From: the human T2T-CHM13v2.0 reference genome, Homo sapiens
Assembly: GCF_009914755.1 (NCBI RefSeq)
Contig: NC_060925.1
DNA: 64,000 nt
Direction: 5' to 3' (one strand)
Shown: positions 27,449 through 43,576 of the stretch, in pieces
Numbering within the stretch: position 1 is the stretch's first letter
How the letters are laid out: each line of letters begins with the position of its first letter
The notes under the pieces: generated by a model
What the model was told of the DNA's origin: nothing
Database searches by the model: none
Seen by the model: the letters and a program-made list of their open reading frames with translations, nothing else
Program-made: the position numbers and the translations under genes

Positions 27449-27974
27449 TGATTCGTTTCTGAAAAATTAGAAGAAGGGGTTGTGGGCTTTAGGTAGGGCC
27501 TTGTCCAGTTTATACTTCCCTCAAATCTACTACATCTAATCAATATAAATTTTGTAGAGGGCATTCTTATCACTAGCCCCCCACCATTGTTTTATTTTGT
27601 GGGAATATGCTTGGAAAAAATGTTAGGAATCACTAAGTTTCTCATTTCTATAGGGGAAAAAATGAGGAGAAAAATGCTTGTTTGTCTTAATAGTGACTTC
27701 TTAAAAGAGAAGTCATTCAAGCCCTCATTCCTAGGGATATATCAGAATCTCCCATAAAAAACATACAAGATGATTCCTTATGAAGGGAAGAGGCAGGAGA
27801 GGAGTTGCAGAACCCAGTGGAAAGTGAACAACATCTGCAGCAGCCTCTGTGCAGAAAACAACAACAACAACAACAACAAAAGATTGGGAAACTGTGATCT
27901 AAAATTACCCAAAGCTGATCTGCAACATATGTTCTGTATCATACAGCTGACGCCAGAGTGGAATTATAGCATGA

Positions 27975-28247
<273 letters not shown>

Positions 28248-28297
28248 TAGACATTTTGTTAACTTTAAGATTGCCTTGAATTAAATTCTCATCCTAG

Positions 28298-28402
<105 letters not shown>

Positions 28403-28437
28403 TGAGTGAAGGCTGACTTAGTCTGACCCAATTCCGG

Positions 28438-28512
28438 TGTATCAGCACACACTGCAGGCTCTATGTAAGAGTTTGTATCAGTACACCCTGCAAGCTCTAT
28501 GTAAGAGTTTGT
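28438..28512. repeat. 36-bp tandem duplication (2 copies, 3 mismatches)
   Basis: tgtatcagcacacactgcaggctctatgtaagagtt / tgtatcagtacaccctgcaagctctatgtaagagtt. Confidence 0.92.
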
Positions 28513-28736
28513 CTCATAGGTGCTTGCCTGTCACATGGTCATGGAAGTGTCTATCATACTATTTTTCCATGCATGGAAATTATGCCTGTGCAATGAGAAG
28601 TTGGTGCTGATGTTGGCTACATTTTTGTTGCTATTGCTTCTTGGCCTGAAAGTAGTGAGTCTGCTTGGGAGCCATGGCTCTTGCCTAACTTAATGGTCAC
28701 CTGATGGCAAAATGACATACGTGACTCTGTCTCTAG

Positions 28737-28813
28737 GTACAAGTTAAGTGGGAGTGTTTATCAGGAGTGTCAAGGCACAATTCCTTGGTTTATGGAGATT
28801 CGTCTTTGTAAAG
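28737..28813 (+). CDS. CR2: CR2 exon 9 (SCR8, second half)
   Basis: [25 protein letters not shown]; 77 nt. Confidence 0.96.
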
Positions 28814-29280
28814 GTGAGTAGCAAAAATGATATAGGAGCTGAAATAATGTGAGATCTATACATTTCCTGGGAGATTTTTGTTTTGGGACATGTTATGAGA
28901 ATTAGAGTATTAGATTCTGTTCTATTGATTCTGCCAATAGTTATGGTTGCACAGTTTTACCATGTCTTTCTTTTGCTACCTTTTTCTTCATCAATAACTT
29001 AAATCTACTTTGTTACTGATTCTATTTTGTGGTTTACGATTATGGGAATAATGACAGCGGTGAGTATATGAGCCACCATCTTAATTTTGGGTATACCACA
29101 GTTTAGTGGAGAGAGTAAGGGATAGGTGTCAGATCTGAATTCACATTCTGTCTCTACTGCTTACTAGTGTGAGACCTTGGACCACTTGTACAACTCCTCT
29201 GAAACTCTAGCCTTTCTTCTGTAAAGTTGGCATAAGACTACAGACTAGGAGGTCCAGAGAATGTAAATAAAAAGTAAAAA

Positions 29281-29603
<323 letters not shown>

Positions 29604-30045
29604 CTACAGACTTCAAATTATTCAAATTAAATTGTACTATTGCTACTTTCTGGATGAGGAAACTGCCTATCACAAAGTAGGTGCTCATTCAACAATAAGT
29701 TTTCTCAGCTAGCCATATAAACCATCATATCACCTCAGCACAGAGTAACCAAGAAAGCATAATTCTATTACCCTGTGTCTTTTATTCTCCTATTGCCTAA
29801 TTAAAAAGAATTCTTCTTTTAATTAGCAATTTACTACTGGGCCTAACTAACTCCTAATGTGATGTTGATCAACCACATTCACTTTGAATAAAGATTTTCT
29901 TTCCTATGAAATGTGTTTAAATTGCATTTTACATACTTAATGAGCTTTCACACAACTCACATCATGAAAATGTACCCATACCGTCCAGGAAACAACAGAT
30001 TCATAACCAGCTTCATTTGGTGGTTCTTTGTTCTTTGGTGTCTAA

Positions 30046-30693
<648 letters not shown>

Positions 30694-30858
30694 TAATGAG
30701 AGAGCCTTTTTAAAGAGCAAACAGCATTCAGTAGTGAATTTGAGCTTCATGATCTTTGGCATCAGAGTTTCAGACTGTCTGTCCAATGTTGTACACTTAG
30801 TGTTCTTGAGTAGAAATTCCTCTGTGTTGGTATTTATGTAGGGAGTTTTTCTCTTCAG

Positions 30859-31035
30859 GCTGCCAGTCACCTCCTGGGCTCCACCATGGTCGTCATACAG
30901 GTGGAAATACGGTCTTCTTTGTCTCTGGGATGACTGTAGACTACACTTGTGACCCTGGCTATTTGCTTGTGGGAAACAAATCCATTCACTGTATGCCTTC
31001 AGGAAATTGGAGTCCTTCTGCCCCACGGTGTGAAG
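30859..31035 (+). CDS. CR2: CR2 exon 11 (alternatively spliced extra SCR; 15- vs 16-SCR isoforms)
   Basis: [16 protein letters not shown]...SAPRCE; 177 nt, symmetric phase 1; inclusion gives 1092 aa, skipping 1033 aa. Confidence 0.96.
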
Positions 31036-31074
31036 GTACTTTAAGTTCCAGAGTTGTCCTTCTCTTTGATATGA

Positions 31075-31200
<126 letters not shown>

Positions 31201-31513
31201 TGAGTATGAAGTGGTCTATTCTGAGAAAAGGTCTCAACCTTGTTTTGTGGATTAACTTGACCTTCAACTTGTCTTGGTGGCATCCTTTAGAGGCTCCTCA
31301 TTGTCACAGGCATGGAGAATATGAGGTTCCAATGGCCTAAATAGCAACTCTGACTCTTCAGTCGTCTCTTGACATGGAAAGGGCTTTGCTTAACTCAAAA
31401 GTAGTTTTTTTACTTGGAGTAAAAAAAAGTAGTTTTTTACTAGAATTTCAACTCCTCTCTGCCAAAGTTCTTATTTAGAAGTCCCTTTTTGCATGCAGTT
31501 TGAAGAGATATGA

Positions 31514-31660
<147 letters not shown>

Positions 31661-32124
31661 TGACAATGGTAATGGAGGATTAGAGAGGGCAGGCCACTGA
31701 AGAATTAGTCTACTGCTGCTTCAGCAGTCTTAGGCGTCTCCCTCATTGGAGGTTAGATAAGAAAAATCTTATGGTGTTGGTCAGTATTGACACTGAGAAA
31801 CAACATTGTCAAGTAGGAACTGTTTTTCATGCATCTGCTAATTTTGCTAACAATAACAAAATATATAGCCCATATTCCTAGGTCATGGGAACATAGCTGT
31901 ATTTCTTTCTTCCTTCACACTTTACTCTATTTTCTGAATTTTTATGGAGTATATAGTACTCCTATAATCACATTTAATAAAGCTGTTTTTAAAAAAAGCA
32001 TAATCCATATTCCAAAATTTAAGTTATTTTCTAGTTATGTGAAATATATGCAGTTGCATATTGTCATTTGTACCTGAATGAAGACCGCTCACCTTGAGGT
32101 ACTAGCTGAAGTAGAACTCCCTAA

Positions 32125-32589
<465 letters not shown>

Positions 32590-33546
32590 TGAATCTGCAC
32601 TTGACATTCTGCCTAAAGAAAAGCATCTAAGAGCTAAGGCAGTTATATTGTTTTACAAGATATTTGCCTTTTCCTATCTTCTCACTTGATTGTTTGTTTT
32701 CTCTTTCCTTTCTCAGTATATTGAGCAATAAATAGTACATGAAAGGATAATGGCTAACTTCCAAATTGATAGCATCTCCAAAAATTGTTATTGTTATGAC
32801 TTTAGTGTAAGAAAAATGCACATACATTTTTGGCAAATGTTTGGCAGTAATATTGCTAATTATTTGATATTTAAGGCTATGTTGCCAGCCAGAAAGAGAA
32901 CTTTGGGTGTTCTGGAGAATTAATTGGCCCTCCAACCCATTGAATTGTCTTTCTTGTAATTGTAGTTATCATTTGGCAGCCTTATTCCTGTCCATGACTA
33001 TCTACAGCAGAGGCTGTTTGGCAACGGTTGTCTTTGACCAGCACAGTAATCTTAAGTGAAACCCATCTTCAGTTTAAGATAAATAGTGAGCTTGCGAGCC
33101 ACAAGACCCCCTTTGCTTCCCAGCAAGGCACCAGTAACTTGAGCTGAGCAGTGGCTGCCACTTTTAGAAGGACAGGGGCTCTCTGACTTGTCGTATCTGG
33201 TGGCTTCACTTCCTAGCTCTCGTAGACATTTGAAGGTGTAACCATGTCTGCTATTTAAAGGGAAAGGAAAAGAAAACTGTTGGCTGATGGATTACCATTG
33301 TGAACTGTATCCATTAATGTTTCATTATCTTATTTTTTAACACTTTTCTTCAAATCATATTGGCTATCAGTAGGAAATGCAGATCTCCATCCAGTGTTGC
33401 TGGTCTGGGTGGAATGAATGAATGTTTTTGGATACCAGTTAGTTGGCTTGTTGCTTCTGGCCTTCCTGTATCGCTATCACCCAGAGATAGTGCAGGCTAT
33501 GTGTTCCTCTGTGCTGAGTTAAAGACCCTTTCTTATTGGTGTCTAA

Positions 33547-33816
<270 letters not shown>

Positions 33817-34413
33817 TAGCCAAAGAAATGAATTAACTGTCTGATTACATTAAAGGCTTTAATTAGATTAATACAATCATTAAATATCTCAAAATAAGAA
33901 AAAATGTCTCAGGCTGTAGTCTATCTGGTGAATGACCACTTATGTAGTCATTTACACATAGAAAGTTGGAGTTATGTCTGTAAATTAAACAACCAAAGCA
34001 CAGATTGTATTTACACACTGTAGTTACAGTTATGTTAAGTGTGTATTTGATAAAGTACCAATAAAAAGCACAGCAATCTTTTGAGAATATTTACTGAGTG
34101 TTGGTGGGATTATGGGTACATTTTTAATAAAAGTTTCAGAAAGTCATTTTCATTGTCATAAACAGTGCATATGAAATATGACTAGTAAATTAGTGTCTAG
34201 TATTCATTGAACACTTTTTACTCTATGCCAGACACTGTGCACAGCACCTGACATGCATTATTTCATTTAGTCTTCATGAGAGCCACATGAGGTTGGTGCC
34301 ATGATTATCCCTGTTTTATAGATGAGGTTTCAGTAGCATGGAGAGATTTGGAACTTACCCAAAGTCACACATCTAGGAAGTACTAGAGCCAGGCTTCAAA
34401 TCCAAGATCTCAC

Positions 34414-34775
34414 TGTGTTAATCCATTCTCACACTGCTAATAAAGACATATCTGAAACTGGGTAATTTATAAAGGAAAGAGATTTAATGGACTCACAGTT
34501 TCACATGGCTGGGGAAGCCTCACAATCATGGCAGAAGGTGAAGGAGGAGCAAAGGCACATCTTACATGATGGCAGGCAAGAGAGCGTGTGCAGGAGAACT
34601 GTCCTTTATAAACCATCAGATCTCATGAGACTTATTTACTATCACAAAAACAACACAGGAAACCCCACCCCCATGATCCAATGACCTCTCACCAGGTCCC
34701 TCCCATGGCGCATGGGGATTATGGGAGCTACAATTCAACATGAGATTTGAGTGGGGACACAGCCAAACCATATCA
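34414..34775 (-). mobile_element. THE1-type MaLR solo LTR, 5-bp TSD CTCAC, next to a MIR (~34200-34413)
   Basis: tgtgttaatccattctcacactgct...gacacagccaaaccatatca; ctcac at 34409-34413 and 34776-34780. Confidence 0.92.
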
Positions 34776-35182
34776 CTCACACTATTGATGACTACACTGA
34801 AAAGAAGAAAGAAATGAGAAAGCACGCACATGTATGAAGAATTAGAGAGTAAAACTAGAAGCAGAAAATAACAGTAATTCAGAATACTTCATAATATTAC
34901 CAATTCGGCCCTCACCATTTCTCCAAGAAGCCATTAAAATTATCCATCACTGTTTGGATAGAAACTGAAGCAAAAAACACAAATATAATCTGGCTTAAAT
35001 TACCCAGAGGTTATTGAGATAGAGGGCTGACAGTAAAAGATTGTGTCTAGGATATAGTCTTATCCTATTTCAGTGCAGCTTTCCTTACTGAGAGTGAAAC
35101 AGGTTGGTTTTATAAATCTTTCTATTAAGGGAAATTTCTGCTTTCTTGGTAAAAGGCCAAAATATGACTGTGCTTGAATTAG

Positions 35183-35413
<231 letters not shown>

Positions 35414-35535
35414 TAACTGGCTAACGGAGAGAAGAGAGTGAGAGTTTCCCTCAGCGTGGAGAGTCCTGGGTTTTAAATTGACATAGGTTTGTGACCAGTT
35501 GTATAATTACAGAGGAACTTGAAGTCAGTGGTCTA

Positions 35536-35870
<335 letters not shown>

Positions 35871-36279
35871 AATTAAATAAAATAAAAAAGAAAAAGGAAA
35901 AGGAAAAACACAACTTTCTTAGGATGGGGAAAGTGAAGAAAAGAAAATAGAAACACTAATTTAAAAGGAACAAAAATGTGAAACAAGCAACCTGAAATTT
36001 TGAAAGGAGTTGCTGCATAGACCACCCTACGTGCTGAATCTGAGTTAATAAGTGCTTACAATTTGACAGGGAACTCCAGAAATAGGTTAAATAAATAGTT
36101 GTTACAGTTAATATTTGCATTCTAACCTGAGAAATCTCTGATTGTAAAGTTGAGTATATTGTTTTTGTCATTGGTGGACTCCCCCAATCTACTTAGAGTG
36201 AAAAAAAAAGGCCAGTGAGTTGCTACATAAGAAACAAGTGGATATAACTCAAGGTTCCAATACATCTTTTTTATCTGTT

Positions 36280-36449
<170 letters not shown>

Positions 36450-36569
36450 TAAATCGACTTGGAAGGGAGCTAGAGTGTTGATTTCTGGGACATTACCATG
36501 AAACGTGGGGCTACATTGAATTATGACACTATACTGATAATCATTTTCATGATTTTGTACTATTTTTAG

Positions 36570-36593
36570 GTTCACTTGCTCCTGTCCTTTGTG
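36570..36593 (+). CDS. CR2: CR2 exon 17, 24-nt micro-exon (RSLAPVLCG, juxtamembrane/start of TM)
   Basis: tttttAG and G|GTAAGT; joins exons 16 and 18 in the known protein. Confidence 0.95.
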
Positions 36594-37290
36594 GTAAGTC
36601 TTCTTAAATACTTGAAGAAAAGCTCTTATAATATTTTTTAAAAATATGTAATGCTAGAGGTCCTATATCCTATCTGATGATATATTTAACTCATAGGGAA
36701 TGTTCTCTTTTTGGTGTTTTAAAGATACTTCAATGTACATGTCACATTACAAAATGTCACTTTGGCATAGAGTTGGATAAATTATTTGAACAGCCAGCTC
36801 TTTCTTCTTTTTAAATTGATATTTTAGTTTTTATTAACTGTTGGTGTTTGGCTTGATTTGGTCTATTGAAATAGGCAGGCTTCTTCTGCTGTAGCAAAAT
36901 ACATTTCACAGCTGAGAGTTAAATGTTATGCAAAATTATAAGAACCTGGTGTCCTGTGCGCCTAATTTCTATTCTTGAGATTTCTCTCTTGTCACCTCAG
37001 TGACAAGATTGTTACTAATAAAACTAAAAGGAACAGAAAAACTCAATGAAAAGTTGACTGGAACCTTGTGGTCATGTGCTTGGTGCTTTAGATTAAAGGT
37101 GGACTGGATCAAATCAGAAAAACCTTAAGCTCAACTATGATTATTCAGGAATTCAGCATTTATGTCCAAGAAGAGTTAAGTATGAGTCACATAACATTTT
37201 CCCCACCACTAGCAATAGGCCCTGCAATCAGTCAGAACAATGTAGGTGATCGTCTTCTGGCATTTGATACTTGCTGGATTTTTCTTCTAG

Positions 37291-37366
37291 GTATTGCTGC
37301 AGGTTTGATACTTCTTACCTTCTTGATTGTCATTACCTTATACGTGATATCAAAACACAGAGAACG
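37291..37366 (+). CDS. CR2: CR2 exon 18 (transmembrane segment and start of cytoplasmic tail)
   Basis: [25 protein letters not shown]; 76 nt. Confidence 0.97.
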
Positions 37367-40300
37367 GTAAGTTCAAAGGCGAATACTTGATTGACCAACA
37401 TGCACAAGTGGTTTCGGCTTCTTGTCTGAAACTAAACACAGAAGCACAAGTTATGTGAAATAAATACTGCAATGTGATAACTAAATGAAGTATCTCGTGC
37501 TATACAAAAGGAAGCCCTTTCTGTAGGACTTAAGAGATATCACTTAGCTTATTTTATTGAATGATGTTTATTCAGATAGTATATTGTAAACAAATCTAGA
37601 GAATAGGAAAAAAATCCCAGTGGGAACGACTGCAAATACTTTGGTGTATTCGTATCTGATCTTTTTCGTATATTTTTTCTCTCTTTAAACTGAAATTTTG
37701 TCATTTTCATCTTCTGTCTTGATTTTTTTCATTTAGACTCATGTTTATGTTTTTATGCTTTAAGTCATGTTTTCAGTTACTAAATAGCATATTATTCTAT
37801 TCTGTGTATTTATATATGTATTTATGTGTTTTAAGTTCCTTCCAAATTTACTTTGATAATATATAAAGATAGGAGTAGCACCTCTGGCTAAACCTTTTTT
37901 CATACCCACTTATTTCCTTAGAATAGATTTCTAGAATTACTAAAGATAAGTGCATGAGCATTTAATATACTTGATAACTATTGTCAGATGACTTGCCAGG
38001 AAGTTTGTTCTTAGTAATATTTAATGTACTGGGATATGTCGTGTTTCTCAACCCCTTTTCCTGCTTCATTGATTTGCCTGTTCCATTACAAACCACTTTG
38101 TGTTTAATTAATACCTTTATGTTATTATATCTGGTAGGGCAAGAATTCACACTACAATTTTATAGGACTTTCCTCTCTATTCTCTTCTGTTTGTTCCTAT
38201 AGGTGATTTTTAGAATCATTTATAATTTCAAAAAAAAATTGTGATTACATTTAAGTCTATAGATAAATTTGTGAGAAATTGGCATCTTTTCTGTAATGTC
38301 TTCTCATTCAGAAATATACTAGGTCTTTCCATTTGATCAAGTAATCTTTTCTCTCCCTTAGTCATTTTCATGATTACTTAATATTAACTATATTACTACG
38401 TTTCTATGTTTTGGTATGTTATGTTTTCTTATCCAGAAATTAGATATATTTTTGCATATTATTTTTAATTATTTTTAAACATCTTAATCCATTAGGAATT
38501 TATTTTATGGTATGGTAGTTGAAGTAAACCTACTTGTACTTTTTTTCCCTATATATTCAATTTTTTCAAAACCTATTTTGAGTAAACCATCCCTTCACCA
38601 TTGGTCATAGTTTTCTTTATCAGATAAAGCACGCCTATTCAATTCTTGTGTACACTGGGGCTTATGTCAGAGATATCTGACATAAATATGCAAGATAGAT
38701 TATATTCCACTGATCGGCCTGTCTCTATGAGCCAGAGCTACTCTATTAATAAATGTAGCTTTTTCCGAGATGTGTTCCCCCTCTTCAAAACTATTTTGAA
38801 ATTTTCTTCTATTTATTTTTGCAGATAGGCTATAGAATTATTTGCACCACGACTACACCTCCCATACCCTAGAAAAATAAAATAAAATCTTAGATCATTG
38901 ATAGGAAGTGCCTTAAACCTATATATTTATTTGGGAAGAACTGACCTCTTCATGATATTCACTATTTCCTTCCAGAAATACCAGATGACTAATTATTCAG
39001 ATGTTTTGTTATATTTTAGTTAAAATTTAATAGATTACCTTATATAAGCTACATAGCCATAAAAGTATCTTATTTTTATTGCTTTATAAATAGAATCATT
39101 TTTGGTTATGTCTTATAAGTAATTGCAAATGATATCTAGGAAAGTCTATCTTTATACAGTCATTAATTCTAATAGCTTTTCAGTGAGTTACCCAATCATC
39201 TAAGTAGAAAACTATATTTTCTACCAATTATTATTATTGGTAGAAATAATTTCTACCTCATATCTACCGATTATACATTTTCATTTATTTGTTTTTGTCT
39301 CATTTTACTGAGAAGAATTTTAAGGAAAATCTTCAGTAATATTAGGGAATATTGGCATATTTTAACCTTTATTTTTAATATAAAGCCTCTAGTGTTTTAT
39401 CACTAAAAATGATACTGCATCCTTTTTTCTTTTCTATATTACATAAAGTGTATTTATAGTCACAAAAGTTGTTTTTCCCTATTTAAAATCACTGAAAAAT
39501 CTTGTTTCCCTTCTTTAAGCATATTTTTATATCACTATAAATATTTGCATAAATTTTTAAAATACAAAAGTAAATATGCTTGTTGTAGCAAATTAGTTTA
39601 TAAAGATACTGAATAGTCTCTTCCACTGAACAACTGCTGGTGCCTTCAAGTCCAACATATTAAGTTGATGGATGTCAGCAATTTGCTGTAGATACTTTCA
39701 TATGTTGCTCTATCTAGTATATACATGCATGGCTTTTAAAACATTTGAGCAGTAATGTTAGAGAAATAGAAGTCATGCGAAAAGAGGAATGACCACGTCC
39801 ATCCATTCTTTTCTTATACAACAATGGCTGAGTGCCTACTATGCCTTAGCACTATACTAGGCTAGAATCACAAAGCCTAGTAGCATATGGCCTCTGTCAT
39901 CAAGGAGGTCACAGCCTGGTAAAGGAGGACAAGCATGTCGCTAAACAAGTACCATAAAATAACGTCGCCATGGTGGATTATATGATATTTGGTGAGGATG
40001 CAAAGCAAATGGTCAATATTTGGGAGTTTTAATCAGGAAAAGTTTCAGCGTGGAAGAGATGTTTCAGGTGAGCCTCAAGAGAGTGTAGACAAGAAGAGAA
40101 AGGCATTCCAGACAGAAAGAGCAGTTTGAATAAAGGCCCAGAGGCTTGGCTTTCCATCATGTGTTGTGAGAACTACATAACCCATTTGAAATGGCTGGGA
40201 AATAGTGTGTGTGTGATGGTGATTGAAGGCGAAAGTGGCATAGCTTTAGGTGGAGACATGCCATTAAAGAAAAAAAAAAAAACCCTGACACGTAAATCTT

Positions 40301-42394
40301 GTGGAAGCTACAGAATACTAATATGTGCAAAGGATACATTTTTAACAAAGCATACCGTCAGGTGTTGGCCTCGGATGTTATGTGTGCATAGGTTCGTGAG
40401 TCTTTGTACATGCTAGTGTTAGGGCGGATAATCCAATGAAGTCTTACCAACTCTCAGGTAGCTCCGAGTGGGGAGATGACCAAGTCATGCCACCTAAAAC
40501 ATGTCACCAAAAAGCTCCAGCAAAATTTCTTTCACGTGCCAAGTCCCCTGCATCTATCATTTACCCTGCCACCAGTGCCATCTGATGCCATGGCTCAGTT
40601 ATGTAATTCCTAGAATAGGCTCAGACATGAAGGGGTTGCACTGAAACTATGTACTGAGGGTATCTACGAACCTGGGCAGTTTGTTCTAGGCTGGAGGCGG
40701 GAGGGTGAGGGCTGCCTATGGGGTTCTGGCTGTCCTGTACAGTTAGCGTGTACTTAGAGTGTAGAGTTTACCAGAGTGTGTACCACACAACCCTGCTTTC
40801 ATGAATGACTTCAGAAAAAAAGGGTGTTCTATGGCAAATAAGATTTGGACATACTGCACACTGTTTTTTTTTCTTGTGGAGAATCACAAGGACCATGAGA
40901 ATATTTAATAAGAGGTTTTTTGCTATCAAGAGGACAGGATTTCCAGGACTTGGTGACATGCTGGATGTGGGGAGAAGGAGGCACATAGAATGGCTCACAT
41001 GAAGGCGATGAGGTGGACCCCCTGACTCACTAAAAGAGGAGAGGGGCAGGATTTGTGGGGGAAGATGAGGAGTTCGGTTCTGACCTGGTACTTTGAGGTA
41101 CTCATGATTTAGGGCTTGGGAGAAGGGTCTGGACTCGGGTGGGTGACACTTAAATCACAATGAAAGCTGTGGAACCAAAAAGAACAGAACAGATAAAAAT
41201 TGGGATGAGAACAGCCCTCAGAAGAACAGTAATGTTCAAAAGGCAGAAAGTGAAGGAAGAGAGGCAGGGGGAAAACTAGCAGAGAGTAGCGTCACAGAAT
41301 TCAAGGAGAAAAGGGTCTCAAAAAAAATTAGGGATGTTATTTGCAGGGCCTTCCTCATAGGAAGTCACAAGATAATTTCAGCCAAGAGGCATTAGAAATG
41401 TAAATACATAGAAAATACAGTCTCTATCTCTTTCCTTCATGCTACTGAGTTTGCTATCAGAGCACTGCATGTGTATAAAAATTTGCAAATTTGGGGAATG
41501 CTTACAAGTGCAAATAATTTATAATATTCCAGTCTAATTATTGTTTATTAATATGATTATATCATGTACTATACTTAAGTGCCTCAACTGATATGAAGCA
41601 AACATACCTGTTTAACCAGATTCCTAGTTGCCATTCATTTATTTCCATTTGCTAACCCACTTCAATTGATTTTCCAATAATTGATAAAGACACTTGAATG
41701 GCCTGAAATGCTTTTTTAAATGAGATGAGTAATCATTTAAAAATGAATGTCTAGTGACAATATTAAATATTTTGAAAAGCCATCTAAACACTTGAAAGAC
41801 ACTATGCTATTCTTTTCTAGTCATCTAAGATATTGTAACAAAGCTTAAATCTCACATTGACCTAAAAATTACTGTTTTATAATCTTCTTAACATATCTCC
41901 TGTACACGGAACTCTTCAATATTCTAGTGAGTGACATGCTGTCAGTGTCTTTAGCAGTATTCTTTCTTCCCCAGTAATTTTGTATTACGTTATTTTAGAG
42001 CTTTACATGGTAGTATAATCACATTTTATTGTCTTTTAGTAATTCTGGCAAAGTGGTTTTAGAAGCACAATGAAATATGTGTACTTTCAAAGAAGGAAAG
42101 TAAAAACATTCTCTTCAAACTCGTTTAAAGCTTTTAAGTCAGACTAGAACATTGAGTCCCAAAAGGGTAAAGTTATGATCTAAAATAAGAACTTATTTTT
42201 GCTTCTTTTCTTCAATTTGGAAGTTGTAGTTGTTAGTCATTAAGCGTCCTGGATCCTAGGGTAAAGCTGCTTAGTGTCAGCCTCTGACTTGAACACTTAC
42301 AAGCCTAGATCATTCATTTTTTATGTGCCTTTCCAAAAAATGGAGTTACAGTGTTTACACTTCATAGGATAAAAACAATAAAAATGAAATCATC

Positions 42395-42862
<468 letters not shown>

Positions 42863-43256
42863 TCAGAAGACAAACTGGTGGTATGTAATGAAATGGAATA
42901 TTATTAATTTACATATAAAATTTCCTTCAACTTGTATTTATCAATAAGCGTAGCATTCACGGTGTATATACATGCTTCTTACTATTGCACAAGTCTTCAG
43001 TAATCATGCATAGCAATTGTTCATTTACCTACTTCATTTTGCCAACTAATGTTCCAATTTTTTAATCCATTCATCCATTCAACAAATATTAAACTAAATA
43101 GCAAAACAACTAAGAATAAAATCAATAAGATGATAAGCATTATATAGAGACATAATAAAGCAGGCAAGGGGGATAAAGAGAACAGGGTGGTCGCAAGGGA
43201 AGCTCTTACTAAGAGAATGTCATTTGAGAAAAAACTCAAGGGAAGTAAAGAGCCAG

Positions 43257-43537
43257 GGCCGGCCTTGGTGGCTCACGCCTGTAATCCCAGCACTTTGGGA
43301 GGCTGAGGCAGGCAGATCATTTGAGGTCAAGAGTTCGAGACCACTCTGTTCAACATGGTAAAACCCTGTCTCTACTAAAAATACAAAAATTAGCCAAGCG
43401 TGGTGGTGTGCACCTGTGGTCCCAGCTACTCGGGAGGCTGAGGCAGGAGAATCACTTGAGCCTAGGAGGCGGAGGTTGCAGTGAGCCAAGACTGCGCCAC
43501 TGTACCCCAGCCTGGACAACAGAGCAAGACTGCATCT

Positions 43538-43575
<38 letters not shown>
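43257..43575 (+). mobile_element. Alu (AluS-like) with long A tail, inside an L2 region (~43060-45350)
   Basis: Full sense Alu; agccag on both sides. Confidence 0.92.

Positions 43576-43576
<1 letters not shown>

Noticed and set aside
28438-28512. 36-bp direct repeat as a CRISPR-like array
   Set aside because: Only two adjacent copies, no spacer, eukaryotic intron.
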